A DNA stretch of 64,000 nt from assembly GCA_035650735.1 (NCBI GenBank), contig DASRGZ010000076.1:1-64000 (forward strand). The letters are read 5' to 3'. The DNA is from Chthonomonadaceae bacterium (GTDB lineage: Bacteria > Armatimonadota > Chthonomonadetes > Chthonomonadales > Chthonomonadaceae). Every line of letters begins with the position of its first letter. Position 1 is the stretch's first letter. Below the pieces are notes generated by a model, which saw nothing but the letters and a program-made list of their open reading frames with translations, did no database searches and was not told the DNA's origin. This document shows positions 54,440-64,000 of the stretch, piece after piece. The position numbers and the translations under genes were made by a program.

Positions 54440-54874
54440 CTAACTTGTCTGCGGCTTTGCCTGCGCCCGCTTTTGCACCTGGTCCGCGCCGAGGTTGGAG
54501 AGCGCATCGGCGCGCTTGTTGCGCTCGCGGGGAACGTGCGTGACGGTGGCGCTTGCGAACTGGCGCAGCAGGCAGCGCGCCCGCTCGTAGAGGGGAAGGA
54601 GGTGGGGAGCTTTGACGGCGTAGCGCCCGTTGAGCTGGCGAGCCATAAGCTCGCTGTCGGTGTAGACATCCAGGCGGTCGCAGCCGAGGGCGCGCGCTTC
54701 CTCCAGCGCGCGTATCATCGCCGTATACTCGGCCACGTTGTTGGTGGTGTGGCCCAGCGGCTCGCCGATCTCCTTGACCACGTTGCCGCCCGCGTCCTGA
54801 ATCAGTATCCCGATCCCGGCGGGTCCGGGATTGCCCCGCGCCGCGCCATCTACATACGCCGTCCATCTCTCCAC
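54440..54874 (-). CDS. rnhA: Ribonuclease HI
   Basis: DGAARGNPGPAG, TNNVAEY, DSEL, HVPRERNKRADAL. Confidence 0.9.
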   Translation of the reverse strand: MERWTAYVDGAARGNPGPAGIGILIQDAGGNVVKEIGEPLGHTTNNVAEYTAMIRALEEARALGCDRLDVYTDSELMARQLNGRYAVKAPHLLPLYERARCLLRQFASATVTHVPRERNKRADALSNLGADQVQKRAQAKPQTS

Positions 54875-55051
54875 GCGCTTTGTCTCTCCTTATTTTGCTT
54901 CCCTTACGCCGACTTATTCGGGCCATGAAGACCCGTATGGTGAGCATCCCCAGCCGGGTATTTCAATGCCCGTCTGGGGGCCTTGTGGCCAGCCGTCCTG
55001 GCGGACGGAACCAACTAATCGCCAGGAATTCGCCTGCGTAACGGGAGTTAT

Positions 55052-55777
55052 TTATTCTTGCGGGGGCGGGATGCACAGCAGGCGCCCGCAGTTTTCACAG
55101 ACCTCGATGGTGTTGCCTTCGTGGATGCGCTTTACCTGGCTGGAGGGCAGCCCCATTTTGCAGCCGCCGCAGGCGTTCTCATCCTCCAGAGCGGCGATGG
55201 CGAGGCCGCCCTTGCTGGCGCGCAGGCTTTCGTAGCGCTTGAGCAGGGCGGGCGGCACGGCTTTGGCGGCTTCGGCGCGCTGCGCGGCGACGATGCGGGC
55301 CTGCGCGACCAGCGCCTCGGCATCGCGCTTATAGGCGGCGCGCTTGGCCTGAAAGGCCGCCTCGGCGGCGGCCAGCGCCTGCTTTGTCTCCGCCTCGCGC
55401 GCCCGCTGCGCTTCAACCTCATCCATCAGGGTCAGGATCTTCTCATCGAGCCGCCCGCGCTGGCGCTTAAGCATTTCGATCTCTTCCTGCAGGGACTGGA
55501 GCTCTTTGGGCGCGCGCACCGTGCCGCCATAGAGCTTCTTTTCCATCGCGGCGGCTTTCGTCTCTACCGTCTGCTCTTCCAGTTCGGAGTCGCGCAGGGC
55601 CGTGCTGGTAGCATGCAGGGTGGTATCGGCCTCTTTGTGGGCGGCCTGCGCCGCTTCGAGAGCGGCCTTTTCGGCGCGGCCCTGATCGAGCGCGTTATAC
55701 TGCCTCTGCAGGGCGGCCAGCGCGCTATCTAGCTGCTGAAGTCTATATAAAGCCTGTAGCTGAGCCTTTGTATCCAT
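55052..55777 (-). CDS. Coiled-coil protein with C4 zinc ribbon (DUF164-like)
   Basis: LQQLD, long coiled coil, CGGC..CENCGRLL; adjacent to rnhA. Confidence 0.9.
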   Translation of the reverse strand: MDTKAQLQALYRLQQLDSALAALQRQYNALDQGRAEKAALEAAQAAHKEADTTLHATSTALRDSELEEQTVETKAAAMEKKLYGGTVRAPKELQSLQEEIEMLKRQRGRLDEKILTLMDEVEAQRAREAETKQALAAAEAAFQAKRAAYKRDAEALVAQARIVAAQRAEAAKAVPPALLKRYESLRASKGGLAIAALEDENACGGCKMGLPSSQVKRIHEGNTIEVCENCGRLLCIPPPQE

Positions 55778-56040
55778 TGTGTTTTTCTCTGCTCGTGTGG
55801 CGGGCGGGGCGGCGAGTCCTCATTAGACATGCCGTTTCGTCTCTCCTGCCTTTCTTCAAAGACGTCTCTCTGATCTCTACCCATTATCTATTATAAATAC
55901 GTGAGCAGGGAAGAAATTATGTCTGCTGCGTGAACCCTTTGGCGCTCTCCTGTATCCAATAGAGCGAAGTCCCGATTTGCGGGGACGGCGACAAAGACGT
56001 GGTCGTCCAGACCACACGCGGCTGCCGGAGGACGGTCACA

Positions 56041-56634
56041 GTGCGAGACGATAAACGGTTAGCGCAACGCATCCAGCAGGGAGACCGGCGGGCCTTCGAG
56101 GCGTTTGTGGACACCTACGGGGCGCAGGTACATCGCCTCGTTCGGCGCTATATCGAGAACGCCACCGATGCTGAGGATGTGACGCAGGAGATATTTCTCG
56201 ATCTCTATCGCAACATCGGTAGTTTTCGGGGCGAGTCGGCGCTGTCCACCTGGGTCTATCGGGTGGCCGTCAATCGCTGCCTGCAGCACTGTCGGCGTCT
56301 GCGGCCCGATAGCGTCTCCTATGACGAGCAGACGATACGGGCCGAGGAGGACTGGAAGGCGGACCCGGCGCGGGCGGCGGCGCGGCGTGAGCTTTGCGAT
56401 AAAGTGCAGTGCGCGCTCAATACGCTCTCGCCGCTGCATCAGGACGTGGTGATCCTCTCACAATTGCACGGCCTGACCTATCAGGAGTGCGCGAACGTGC
56501 TGGGCGTGCCGGTGGGCACGGTCAAGTCCCGGCTGTCCAATGCGTTCTGCCGCCTGCGCGAAAATCTAGGTAGTTACGTCAACGGAGAGAGCCATACGCT
56601 GTGCTCCGGGGCTGTGAGGGAGAAGGCGCAATGA
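56041..56634 (+). CDS. ECF sigma factor
   Basis: DAEDVTQEIF, LSTWVYRVAVN, GTVKSRL; GGAGG RBS. Confidence 0.92.
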   Translation: MRDDKRLAQRIQQGDRRAFEAFVDTYGAQVHRLVRRYIENATDAEDVTQEIFLDLYRNIGSFRGESALSTWVYRVAVNRCLQHCRRLRPDSVSYDEQTIRAEEDWKADPARAAARRELCDKVQCALNTLSPLHQDVVILSQLHGLTYQECANVLGVPVGTVKSRLSNAFCRLRENLGSYVNGESHTLCSGAVREKAQ

Positions 56635-57959
56635 GAGATTGTCAGACGCTGCGAGAGGAATTGAGAGCCTATCTGGACGGCGAGCTCTCGCCGGTACAGA
56701 GGTTGGCCGTGCGCCTCCACCTTGCGCGCTGCGCGGCGTGTCGCGAGGAGATGCGGGAGATGGAACAGATCAGCAACGACTTACGTGCGGGGGACGCCGG
56801 AACACTTGACCCGGCCCTGCGCGCCAAAATCCTGGCAAGCATTCCTACAGAAGCGCCGCCCGCGCCGGAGACGCCTGCCGAGCCGGTGGTTCCCAAATGG
56901 CGGCGGAAACCGTTCCTTCTCTGGAGCGCGACGGCGGCAGCGGTGCTGGCCTGGTTTGTCATCTACCCGCTGACGCAGGGATGGACGCCATTGGCGGAGC
57001 GCAGCATATCATTGGCGCCGGGCGGCGCTTCGGCCAGTAAGGCAGCAAGGCCGGCTATAGCCGAACATCGTCTCGCCTCGCCGCCGATGGAAACTGCTAA
57101 AACGGCGACAAAGATGCCTACCTTTGCGAGTAAAGGCGCTGTAGAGAATGCGGCGGGAGCGCCATCGGCACCAACTGTTGTAGCGGCACCAACGGCGGTA
57201 GATAATGATTCTTTTTCGGACGGCCACTTAAAGGAAAGGATGAGACAAAGCAAGAGTATTGCTGCGGGCGAGGCTGCCAATGCTCCAGACCTGGTTTCCT
57301 CGGAGCGACAGGTGCATAAGCAGGCCGACATCACGGTGGAAGTGACCAACGTGGAGGAGAAGACCGAAGAGGTTGAGCAGATGGTCAAGACGGTGGGCGG
57401 GTTTGTCGCCAACAACCAGCTTTCTACCGGCGAAGACAACCTCAAAGCCGCCTCGCTGACTACCAGAGTTCCGGTCGGACAGTTTGAGATGATACTGAGC
57501 AAGCTGGGGAAACTGGGCGAAGTCAAGGCCAAGAACGTCACCGGCGAGGACATCACCGAGCAGATGAGCGACCAGGAGCAGCTTACCCACACCCTCAGCG
57601 ATGAGGTCAGGACAACAGAAGCCAGGCTCCGCGATAAGCGCCATCAGACGCAGACCTGGGAGGATGCAGAAAACTTACGCCAACTGCGCGTTCGCGCGGC
57701 CCAGGCGCAAGGACGCCTGCAACTGCTTAAGAAGCTCTCGGCGCTGGCGACTATTACCGTCCAGCTACAGGAAAAGCCCAAGCCCACCATCCAGAGCGGC
57801 GGCGGCTTCCTGGATGAGATGGGGGATACGGGCCGCGCTGCCGTGCACTCCTTCCTGCAGGCGGCCCGCTTGCCGATTCTGATGCTGATCTGGCTGCTGG
57901 CCTATGCGCCGATCTGGATTCTGCTGGCGATTGCCTATCGGTACGCCGTCCGCACTTGA
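56631..57959 (+). CDS. zf-HC2 anti-sigma fused to a DUF4349-like domain
   Basis: YLDGEL..HLARCAAC, TM helix, GEDITEQ..ATITVQL, C-terminal TM. Confidence 0.85.
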   Translation: MRDCQTLREELRAYLDGELSPVQRLAVRLHLARCAACREEMREMEQISNDLRAGDAGTLDPALRAKILASIPTEAPPAPETPAEPVVPKWRRKPFLLWSATAAAVLAWFVIYPLTQGWTPLAERSISLAPGGASASKAARPAIAEHRLASPPMETAKTATKMPTFASKGAVENAAGAPSAPTVVAAPTAVDNDSFSDGHLKERMRQSKSIAAGEAANAPDLVSSERQVHKQADITVEVTNVEEKTEEVEQMVKTVGGFVANNQLSTGEDNLKAASLTTRVPVGQFEMILSKLGKLGEVKAKNVTGEDITEQMSDQEQLTHTLSDEVRTTEARLRDKRHQTQTWEDAENLRQLRVRAAQAQGRLQLLKKLSALATITVQLQEKPKPTIQSGGGFLDEMGDTGRAAVHSFLQAARLPILMLIWLLAYAPIWILLAIAYRYAVRT

Positions 57960-58029
57960 GGTTCCTACCTAACCGCTCGTCCCTTCCTGACCTAACCCCT
58001 CGGCCCTACTGCCCTCACCCCCAGCCCCT

Positions 58030-58160
58030 ACTGCCAGGGGCGGGGCTGCAATGGACTGCCAGGATCGGCCCTGCAACGGTTCGGGCCACTGCCAGGGTCG
58101 GCAAGGGTACGGCCCTTGCCTCCGCCTGGCCACACCTTGCGACACCCCGCCGCCTTGCGA
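58030..58160 (+). mobile_element. Triple-nested 45-bp hairpin elements inside a family A REP
   Basis: Left ends at 58030, 58055, 58088 closed by three right ends; flanks CCCTCACCCCCAGCCCCT / TCCACGCTGCGGGAGAGGG. Confidence 0.75.
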
Positions 58161-58304
58161 TCCACGCTGCGGGAGAGGGAAGAGTTGGCTTCTGCTCCCC
58201 CTTCTGCCTTGCAGGGAGAAGGGACGGGGATGAGGGGAGATCCTACCCCCTATATCCTACACCCTAAACGAGGGGCTGGGGGTGAGGTCTTCCCGGTAAG
58301 CAAG

Positions 58305-59033
58305 TCAGCGCAGAGTTTCACCCGGCTTGAGGGCGTGAATCTGGAGGTTGGGGATGTCGGCGGTATGCTGACGCAGGGCCTCCGGCGTGCCGGTAAGCGC
58401 GGGGAAGGTGGCGTAGTGGATGGGAAGCACGTGGGCGACACCCAGCAGACGGATAGCGTGCGCAGCCTCGCGCGGACCCATCGTGAACAGGTCGCCGATG
58501 GGGAGCAGGGCCAGTTCCGGGCTGTAGAGGTCGCGCAGCAGCGCCATGTCCCCGAAGAGGGCGGTATCGCCGGCAGCGTAGAGCGAAAAGCCGTTTTCCA
58601 GTCGGAGGATGTAGCCGGCGGGCTCCCCGCCATAGGCCACCGCGCCGTCCGGCTCGTGAAAGCTGCTGGAATGGAAGGCGTGGGTCATGGTGATCTCGAT
58701 CCCAGCGACCGTCTGGCTGCCCCCCTTGTTCATCGGCTTGAGGTTCTTAGCGCCCTTGCCGCCCAGCCAGTTACAGGCTTCGAAGATGGCGACGACGGCA
58801 GCCTCCGGATTGGCCTTGACCACCGCTTCGGCGTCGCCGGCGTGGTCGTTATGCAGATGCGTCAAGAGGATCAGGTCGAGCTTGCCGAGGCGCTCCGGGG
58901 ACTTCCACTCCTGGGGGCAGGCGGGATTGCCCTCCAGCCAGGGGTCAATCAGCACCCGCTTGCCGCCGGGTGTCTCGATCAGAACGGTGGCATGTCCGAG
59001 ATAGGTAAGGCTGGTGTTGCGATCCAGTGCCAT
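58305..59033 (-). CDS. UPF0173 metal-dependent hydrolase (MBL fold)
   Basis: YLGHAT, IDPWL, THLHNDH, AGDTALFGDM, PIHYATFP. Confidence 0.92.
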   Translation of the reverse strand: MALDRNTSLTYLGHATVLIETPGGKRVLIDPWLEGNPACPQEWKSPERLGKLDLILLTHLHNDHAGDAEAVVKANPEAAVVAIFEACNWLGGKGAKNLKPMNKGGSQTVAGIEITMTHAFHSSSFHEPDGAVAYGGEPAGYILRLENGFSLYAAGDTALFGDMALLRDLYSPELALLPIGDLFTMGPREAAHAIRLLGVAHVLPIHYATFPALTGTPEALRQHTADIPNLQIHALKPGETLR

Positions 59034-59189
59034 CTGAAGGGTCTCCTTCCTGGGAAACTTGGGTAATGGAAAAGCGGGAGCGCGCCGCCTCGCCTGCCGA
59101 CTCGCTGCCTTGCCTGCGTTAGTGGGACCTGCGGGCTGTGGGCCAGGCCGTCCAGGGCGCGCGGCACGCCAAAGCGTTTCTGCTGCGGC

Positions 59190-59738
59190 TTACTGGCCCA
59201 TCTCCTTGTTGACGACTGCCTGATAGGGCATACGCGCTAACGCCTGAGGCTGATCGGGCGGGCTGTCGCGGCGTAACCGGCGCTCCAGGGATTTGATGCC
59301 GAACCAGAGCAGCAGGCCGATGATCACCAGCACCACGCCGATGCAATCGATCATCACATCCACCGGCGAGGGGCCGCGCGTGGGCACGAACCGCTGGTGT
59401 ATCTCGTCGCTGCAAGCGAAAAGCGCGCTGATGGCAGCCGCCCCGGCGAGCGCGCCGAGCTTGAGGCGGGTTTCCCCAAACTGAATGGCCCGTACCACGA
59501 GCAGGGTAAGGATAGCGTACTCGGTGACGTGGCAGGCCTTGCGCAAAACCAGGTTAAGCACGTCCAGCGTCTGCGGGGAGAGCTGTTCCAGCCGGTACGG
59601 GGCGAGAAACCGAAGGATAAACTCGACCACGCTCAGGGAGTGCTGGCCGTTGCCGATGTCCGTAGAGCCCATGAAGATCACCAGCATCCAGATAATCGCC
59701 GGGCCGATGTAGAAAAGCTGTAAAAGGCGCTTATTCAC
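59190..59738 (-). CDS. VanZ-family membrane protein
   Basis: RKACHVTEYAIL, DEIHQRFVPTR..DVMID. Confidence 0.88.
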   Translation of the reverse strand: MNKRLLQLFYIGPAIIWMLVIFMGSTDIGNGQHSLSVVEFILRFLAPYRLEQLSPQTLDVLNLVLRKACHVTEYAILTLLVVRAIQFGETRLKLGALAGAAAISALFACSDEIHQRFVPTRGPSPVDVMIDCIGVVLVIIGLLLWFGIKSLERRLRRDSPPDQPQALARMPYQAVVNKEMGQ

Positions 59739-61756
59739 CGCGAAAAACCCCCTGCCAATGCATAGGATGGGATGGGCGCGCGGGCCGCAACGAGCCGACG
59801 CCTCGTATCATTATCGGCAGGATGGATATGCCGGACGGAGGCGACGTGGATTTTGTAGGGATGTCGGGCGGAGGAGAGAGGCTGTGCGAGCCGCTTCGTG
59901 GCAAAGAACGCCTCCCGGATATGCCGGGCGGTCGCCGGTATCTCCGAGCCCGGCAAGGCGATCAAGCTGTGCTGCGTGTATTGAACTCCCGTATCGCCGC
60001 TCAGCATCAACGCCTGCCCGCCCCGCTCGATCTGGAGGGTGAGCGGACTCTGTGCCGGCAGAGAGCGCAGCGCCTCCGCGAACGAGAGGGCGTCTACCGG
60101 GCGTCCGTTGAGACGGATGATCACGTCGCCGGATTGCAGTCCCATGCGCGCGCCCGCCTGATTCTCCTCGACGCCCTGCACTACGGCGGCGTCACGGTTC
60201 TCGTCCTGCATCTGGATGCCCAGATAGGCTGTCGGGGTGCGGCGCAGTTGCAGGCCCGCGCTCGCCAACACGTCGTCCCAGGCGATCTCGTCGGTGCCTT
60301 TGACGTAGCGATTATACTCGTCGCTCAGGTCGGCCCCGGCGACCGCGTTCAGGGTATCCAGCAGAGCCGTTTCGGGGTAAGCGGTATCCCGCTGCCCATA
60401 GCGGCGGTCCAGCTCGCGCAGAACGTCGTCCCAGCCTCGACGGCCCCCGGTGAGGGCGCGCAACCGTAGGTCGAAATAGAAGCCGACCAGGCTGCCCTTG
60501 AGATAGTAGCTCAGGCCATCAAAGCCCTCGCTGCCTCCTTCCCAGGCTTTGCGGCTGGCCTCCTCCAGAGATACGCGCGTGCGGGCCGGGATGGAATCGA
60601 GCGTGGCGATGCGGTCTGCCATCGTGTTCAGGAACCACTGGCGGTCGCGCAGTCCGGCGCGGTAGAGCAGCAATTGGGCGTAGTAGTCGGTGACGCCTTC
60701 GGCAAACCAGAGCGCGCCGACGCGCACAGGCCGGGTGTAGTCGAAAGGACCCAGACCGGCGGGCCGCAGGCGCTTGACGTTCCAGGCGTGAAAGAACTCG
60801 TGGGCGGTGACGGAAAGGAACCCGTCGGAAGTCGCTCCGGCCATATTGCCGGCCAGGTGGATGACGGTGGAGTTGCGGTGCTCCAGCCCGCCGAAAAAGC
60901 CGGGACCGCCGAAGTGGTAGATGAAGGTGTAGCGGCGGAAGGGACGGGAAGGCGCCTGACTGTCGGGGGCGTCGAAGACCTGGAAAGCGGCCTGCACGAT
61001 GCGGGCGATGGCGTGGGCCATGCGGGCGCGATCTACGGCGGCGCGGCCCACCAGCACGCAGCGAAACGGCACGCCGGAGACGGCAAAATCCTCTTCCTGG
61101 AACTGGCCCAACTGGAGGGGACAATCAATGAGCTCATCGTAGTTCCTGGCGGTAAAGAGGCTCGGCGCGGTCGGGCTCAGCGCGCCGGACGCCGGGGTCA
61201 ACGGCGTGACGATCTGCCACTGCGGAGGCAAAGCGACCGAGAGCCTAACCGGCGCGGCGGTCTGGCCGACGAGGTACATAAAGGCGGAGGCGCCGTTGAT
61301 ATAGCCTTCGCGCTCGCCGGGATTAAGGGCGCTGCCGAAAAAGCCCAGGCCCGCCTCGCTGGCGTGAACCTGGTACGTGAGGGTGACGCGCCCGGTGGGA
61401 TCGGCCTCCGTTTCCCAGGTATGCGCATCCGGATGAGTCAGCGAGAGGGAATGTCCCTCGGCGTCCTCGGCGCGCACGTTTTCAATGTTCTGCTCAAAGG
61501 AGAGGAGCTGGTAGTAGCCGGGCGTCCAGGCCGGGATGGCAAAGGCGAGGCGCGCGTTGGGAGCGTGATCTACCGTGATGGCGATGCGCAACCGGCGTGC
61601 CGCCAGGTCGGCGATAGAGAGGCGATAGGCGATGCGCGGGGAGGCGGCATCCGGCTCCTGGCGGGAGGCGCGGCCCAGGGCGGCGCCACAGGGAAGCGCT
61701 AGCAGAAGGCAGAAGAGCAGGCGGCAGGATGCACGAAAGAAAGGCCGAGATTTCAC
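59735..61756 (-). CDS. M61-family metallopeptidase with PDZ domain
   Basis: PAWTPGYY, GGLEH, HEFFHAWNVKR, LWFAEGVT, SYYLKG; start placed at GTG before signal peptide. Confidence 0.9.
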   Translation of the reverse strand: MKSRPFFRASCRLLFCLLLALPCGAALGRASRQEPDAASPRIAYRLSIADLAARRLRIAITVDHAPNARLAFAIPAWTPGYYQLLSFEQNIENVRAEDAEGHSLSLTHPDAHTWETEADPTGRVTLTYQVHASEAGLGFFGSALNPGEREGYINGASAFMYLVGQTAAPVRLSVALPPQWQIVTPLTPASGALSPTAPSLFTARNYDELIDCPLQLGQFQEEDFAVSGVPFRCVLVGRAAVDRARMAHAIARIVQAAFQVFDAPDSQAPSRPFRRYTFIYHFGGPGFFGGLEHRNSTVIHLAGNMAGATSDGFLSVTAHEFFHAWNVKRLRPAGLGPFDYTRPVRVGALWFAEGVTDYYAQLLLYRAGLRDRQWFLNTMADRIATLDSIPARTRVSLEEASRKAWEGGSEGFDGLSYYLKGSLVGFYFDLRLRALTGGRRGWDDVLRELDRRYGQRDTAYPETALLDTLNAVAGADLSDEYNRYVKGTDEIAWDDVLASAGLQLRRTPTAYLGIQMQDENRDAAVVQGVEENQAGARMGLQSGDVIIRLNGRPVDALSFAEALRSLPAQSPLTLQIERGGQALMLSGDTGVQYTQHSLIALPGSEIPATARHIREAFFATKRLAQPLSSARHPYKIHVASVRHIHPADNDTRRRLVAARAPIPSYALAGGFSR

Positions 61757-62310
61757 GGGTGACGATGACGCTCCTTGTAGCAGGGTGCCTGCGAGTTCGC
61801 TGAGCAGGGGACAGAGTCCTGTTGATCTATACGGCGCAGCGCCCGCAACCGTCGCCGCAGGGAGCCGGAATTTGTGCGGTTTTTGCATTGCCTGGAGCGA
61901 TGGGCGCGCGATCAGGAAGCAGAATGTCCGGCTCGTTAAGGAGAGGGAGGCATAGGGGAGGAGACAGCGGGGCAGGGGAGCGGGGGCCGCGTCGCGGGCA
62001 GCGCGTTTTTGTCTGGGCGCGCTAGCGCGCCCAGACAAAAACGCTATCTGGTAGGTTTGTCAGTCTCAATCAAAGATTATCGGACGTATTGAGCTTGTAA
62101 GCCGCCCTCTCTGAGGGCGGAGGATGTCCAGAGGTTTCCGATACGGAAATCCCTTCCAATACAAGGTACAATGAAGCTGGCGTGAGCAACAGGAAGGTGA
62201 GCGCCTATTGAAATCCGTTTCTTGCTTGCAGAGCGCGCCTTGAGCCATTGGGTCCGCAGGGTGGGGCGGCAGTGGCGTTGGCGCCGTGAGCGCGGCCGAG
62301 GGAGGGAGAG

Positions 62311-63093
62311 ATGCCTGGAGTGATGGAAGGTCGGCGGGTGCTGGTGACAGGGGCCAGGAACAAATGGAGTATTGCCTGGCATGTCGCGCTCTCGCTGCAG
62401 CGGGAGGGAGCGCAGTTGGCGTTTTCTGTGCTGGGGGAGCGTGAGATGGGCGGCGTCGGGAAACTGCTCAACGATGCCGGATTTGATGCGCCGATTTGGC
62501 AATGCGATGCCACGGACGAGGCGCAGATAGAGGAGCTGTATCGGCAGGTGGGCGCCGCGTTTGATGGAGGGTTGGACGGCTTGCTGCATGGCGTGGTTTT
62601 TGCCAACAAGGATGAGTTGAGCGGCGAGTACGTGGCAACCTCCCGCTCCGGCTTCACGCTGGCGCAGGAGAGCAGCGTCTACACGCTGGTAAGCCTGGCG
62701 CGGGGGGCGCGTCCGCTGATGCAGGCCGCCGGCGGCGGCAGCATCGTCACATTGACCTACCTGGGCGCCGAGCGCGTCGTTCCCAACTACAACGTGATGG
62801 GCGTGGCAAAGGCCGCGCTGGAGGCGAGCGTGCGCTACCTGGCCGCGGATCTGGGCAAGGAGAATATCCGGGTCAATGCCGTCTCCGCCGGGCCGATCAA
62901 GACGCTGGCGGCCAGCGGCATCGCGGGCTTTGATGCGATGGTTCGGCACGTCGCCGAGCGGGCGCCCCTGCGGCGCGCGGTGGATGCGGATGAGGTCGGC
63001 GATGCGGCGCTGTTCCTGTTCAGCCCCTGGGCGCGCGGTATCACCGGCGAAGTCCTTTATGTGGACGGCGGCTACCATATTATGGGCATGTGA
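62311..63093 (+). CDS. fabI: Enoyl-ACP reductase
   Basis: SIAW, LTYLGAERVVPNYNVMGVAKAALEASVRYLA, SAGPIKTLAASGI. Confidence 0.96.
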   Translation: MPGVMEGRRVLVTGARNKWSIAWHVALSLQREGAQLAFSVLGEREMGGVGKLLNDAGFDAPIWQCDATDEAQIEELYRQVGAAFDGGLDGLLHGVVFANKDELSGEYVATSRSGFTLAQESSVYTLVSLARGARPLMQAAGGGSIVTLTYLGAERVVPNYNVMGVAKAALEASVRYLAADLGKENIRVNAVSAGPIKTLAASGIAGFDAMVRHVAERAPLRRAVDADEVGDAALFLFSPWARGITGEVLYVDGGYHIMGM

Positions 63094-63338
63094 AACTTCC
63101 AGGGCTAAAGCGGGTGGGCTTTCCGCTCCCTGCATCCTATCTTTGTAAGCTCCAACGTACTGCCGTGCCGTCCCCAGGCCGATAGTCCTCCTCAATGGAG
63201 TTGATACGTCTTCACTGCAAGGCCCGATTGGAGATGGAACCACGCCCTTAGGGGATTATTCTCCAACCCGTAATCGGTTGACTTTTCTTGGGGAGGTTGC
63301 TACAATCCAGTGAACCCTGCCTGAGAGGAGATGCCACG

Positions 63339-64000
63339 ATGGCAAGTGAGTTGCCTTTTCCCCGCATACTGCTTGGACCCGGCCCCAGCAGCGTCTCGCT
63401 GCGCGTGCTGCAGGCGATGGGACGCCCGCCTATCGGATATCTCGATCCCGAATTGTTTACGCGGCTGGATAGCCTGCGCGCGGGCCTGCGCGCCGTCTTT
63501 GGGACGCAGAACGCTTTCACCCTTCCGCTGACCGGCACCGGGATGGCCGGCATGGAAAGCTGCTTTGCCAACCTGGTTGAACCCGGCGATAACGTGATTG
63601 TCGGCGTCAATGGCTTCTTTGGCGGGCGCATGGTCGAGATCGGACAGCGGCTGGGCGCCAACGTCACGCGCGTAGACGCTCCCTGGGGCCGCATCCTGGA
63701 GCCGGAGCCGCTTGCCGCGGCGCTGAAGGCGGCGGGTAAGGTCAAGCTTGTGGCCTGCGTCCATGCGGAAACCTCCACGGGCGTCCGGCAGCCGCTCGAA
63801 GAGATCGCGCGGTTGGCGCACGAAAACGGGGCCTTATTCCTGGTAGATGCGGTGACATCGCTGGGGGGAATGCCCGTAGAAGTAGATGCCATTGGCATAG
63901 ATGCCTGCTACTCCGCGACGCAGAAGTGCATGGGAGCGCCGCCCGGCCTGGCCCCGATTACCGTCTCCGAGCGGGCCTGGCAGGTCGTCTCCACGCGGCA
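63339..64000 (+). CDS. Class V PLP aminotransferase (alanine-glyoxylate family), truncated by window end
   Basis: Manual translation MASELPFPRILLGPGPS..GTGMAGME..HAETSTG..VDAVTS..SATQKC. Confidence 0.9.
   Translation, partial: MASELPFPRILLGPGPSSVSLRVLQAMGRPPIGYLDPELFTRLDSLRAGLRAVFGTQNAFTLPLTGTGMAGMESCFANLVEPGDNVIVGVNGFFGGRMVEIGQRLGANVTRVDAPWGRILEPEPLAAALKAAGKVKLVACVHAETSTGVRQPLEEIARLAHENGALFLVDAVTSLGGMPVEVDAIGIDACYSATQKCMGAPPGLAPITVSERAWQVVSTR

Noticed and set aside
57956..58267. Short ORFs across repeat clusters (also 7233-7590, 9056-9497, 21956-22444)
   Set aside because: Translations of palindromic repeats; similar peptides recur only because the DNA repeats do.
59190..59738. Glycopeptide resistance cluster
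   Set aside because: A lone VanZ-family gene is common; no vanHAX/RS.
62098..62123. IS200/IS605-like end hairpin (AAGCCGCCCTCTCTGAGGGCGG)
   Set aside because: Single short hairpin, no tnpA/tnpB or partner end found.

Overview
GC-rich bacterial chromosome segment, probably Armatimonadota (Chthonomonadales-like). This is inferred from repeated prepilin/DUF1559 genes, Tat-exported sugar oxidoreductases and the repeat style, not from any database search. It holds about 55 CDSs. Housekeeping: hemL, pnp, rpsO, fabI, rnhA and a sigma70-type factor. Carbohydrate use: GH2, GH38, a GH50-like hydrolase, gluconolactonase, Gfo/Idh/MocA, MFS and a TIM-barrel isomerase. Also three regulator-linked prepilin/DUF1559 modules, three PhyH dioxygenases, two ECF sigma/anti-sigma pairs, proteases and a frameshifted AAA ATPase. 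I saw no rRNA, tRNA, CRISPR array, transposase or integrase. The non-coding DNA is the most unusual part, with several dispersed palindromic repeat families. Top observation: a ~45-bp covarying hairpin (ACTGC[C/A/T]AGGGTC...TCCGCCT[G/T/A]GCGA) at 8 loci, always inserted inside another repeat or inside itself. Where the empty site can be rebuilt it replaces a pyrimidine dinucleotide with no target duplication. Other highlights are DUF1559 modules arranged like polysaccharide-utilisation loci, a triple LLR[P/A] C-terminal tail shared by two unrelated proteins, and repeats translated in frame inside enzymes.
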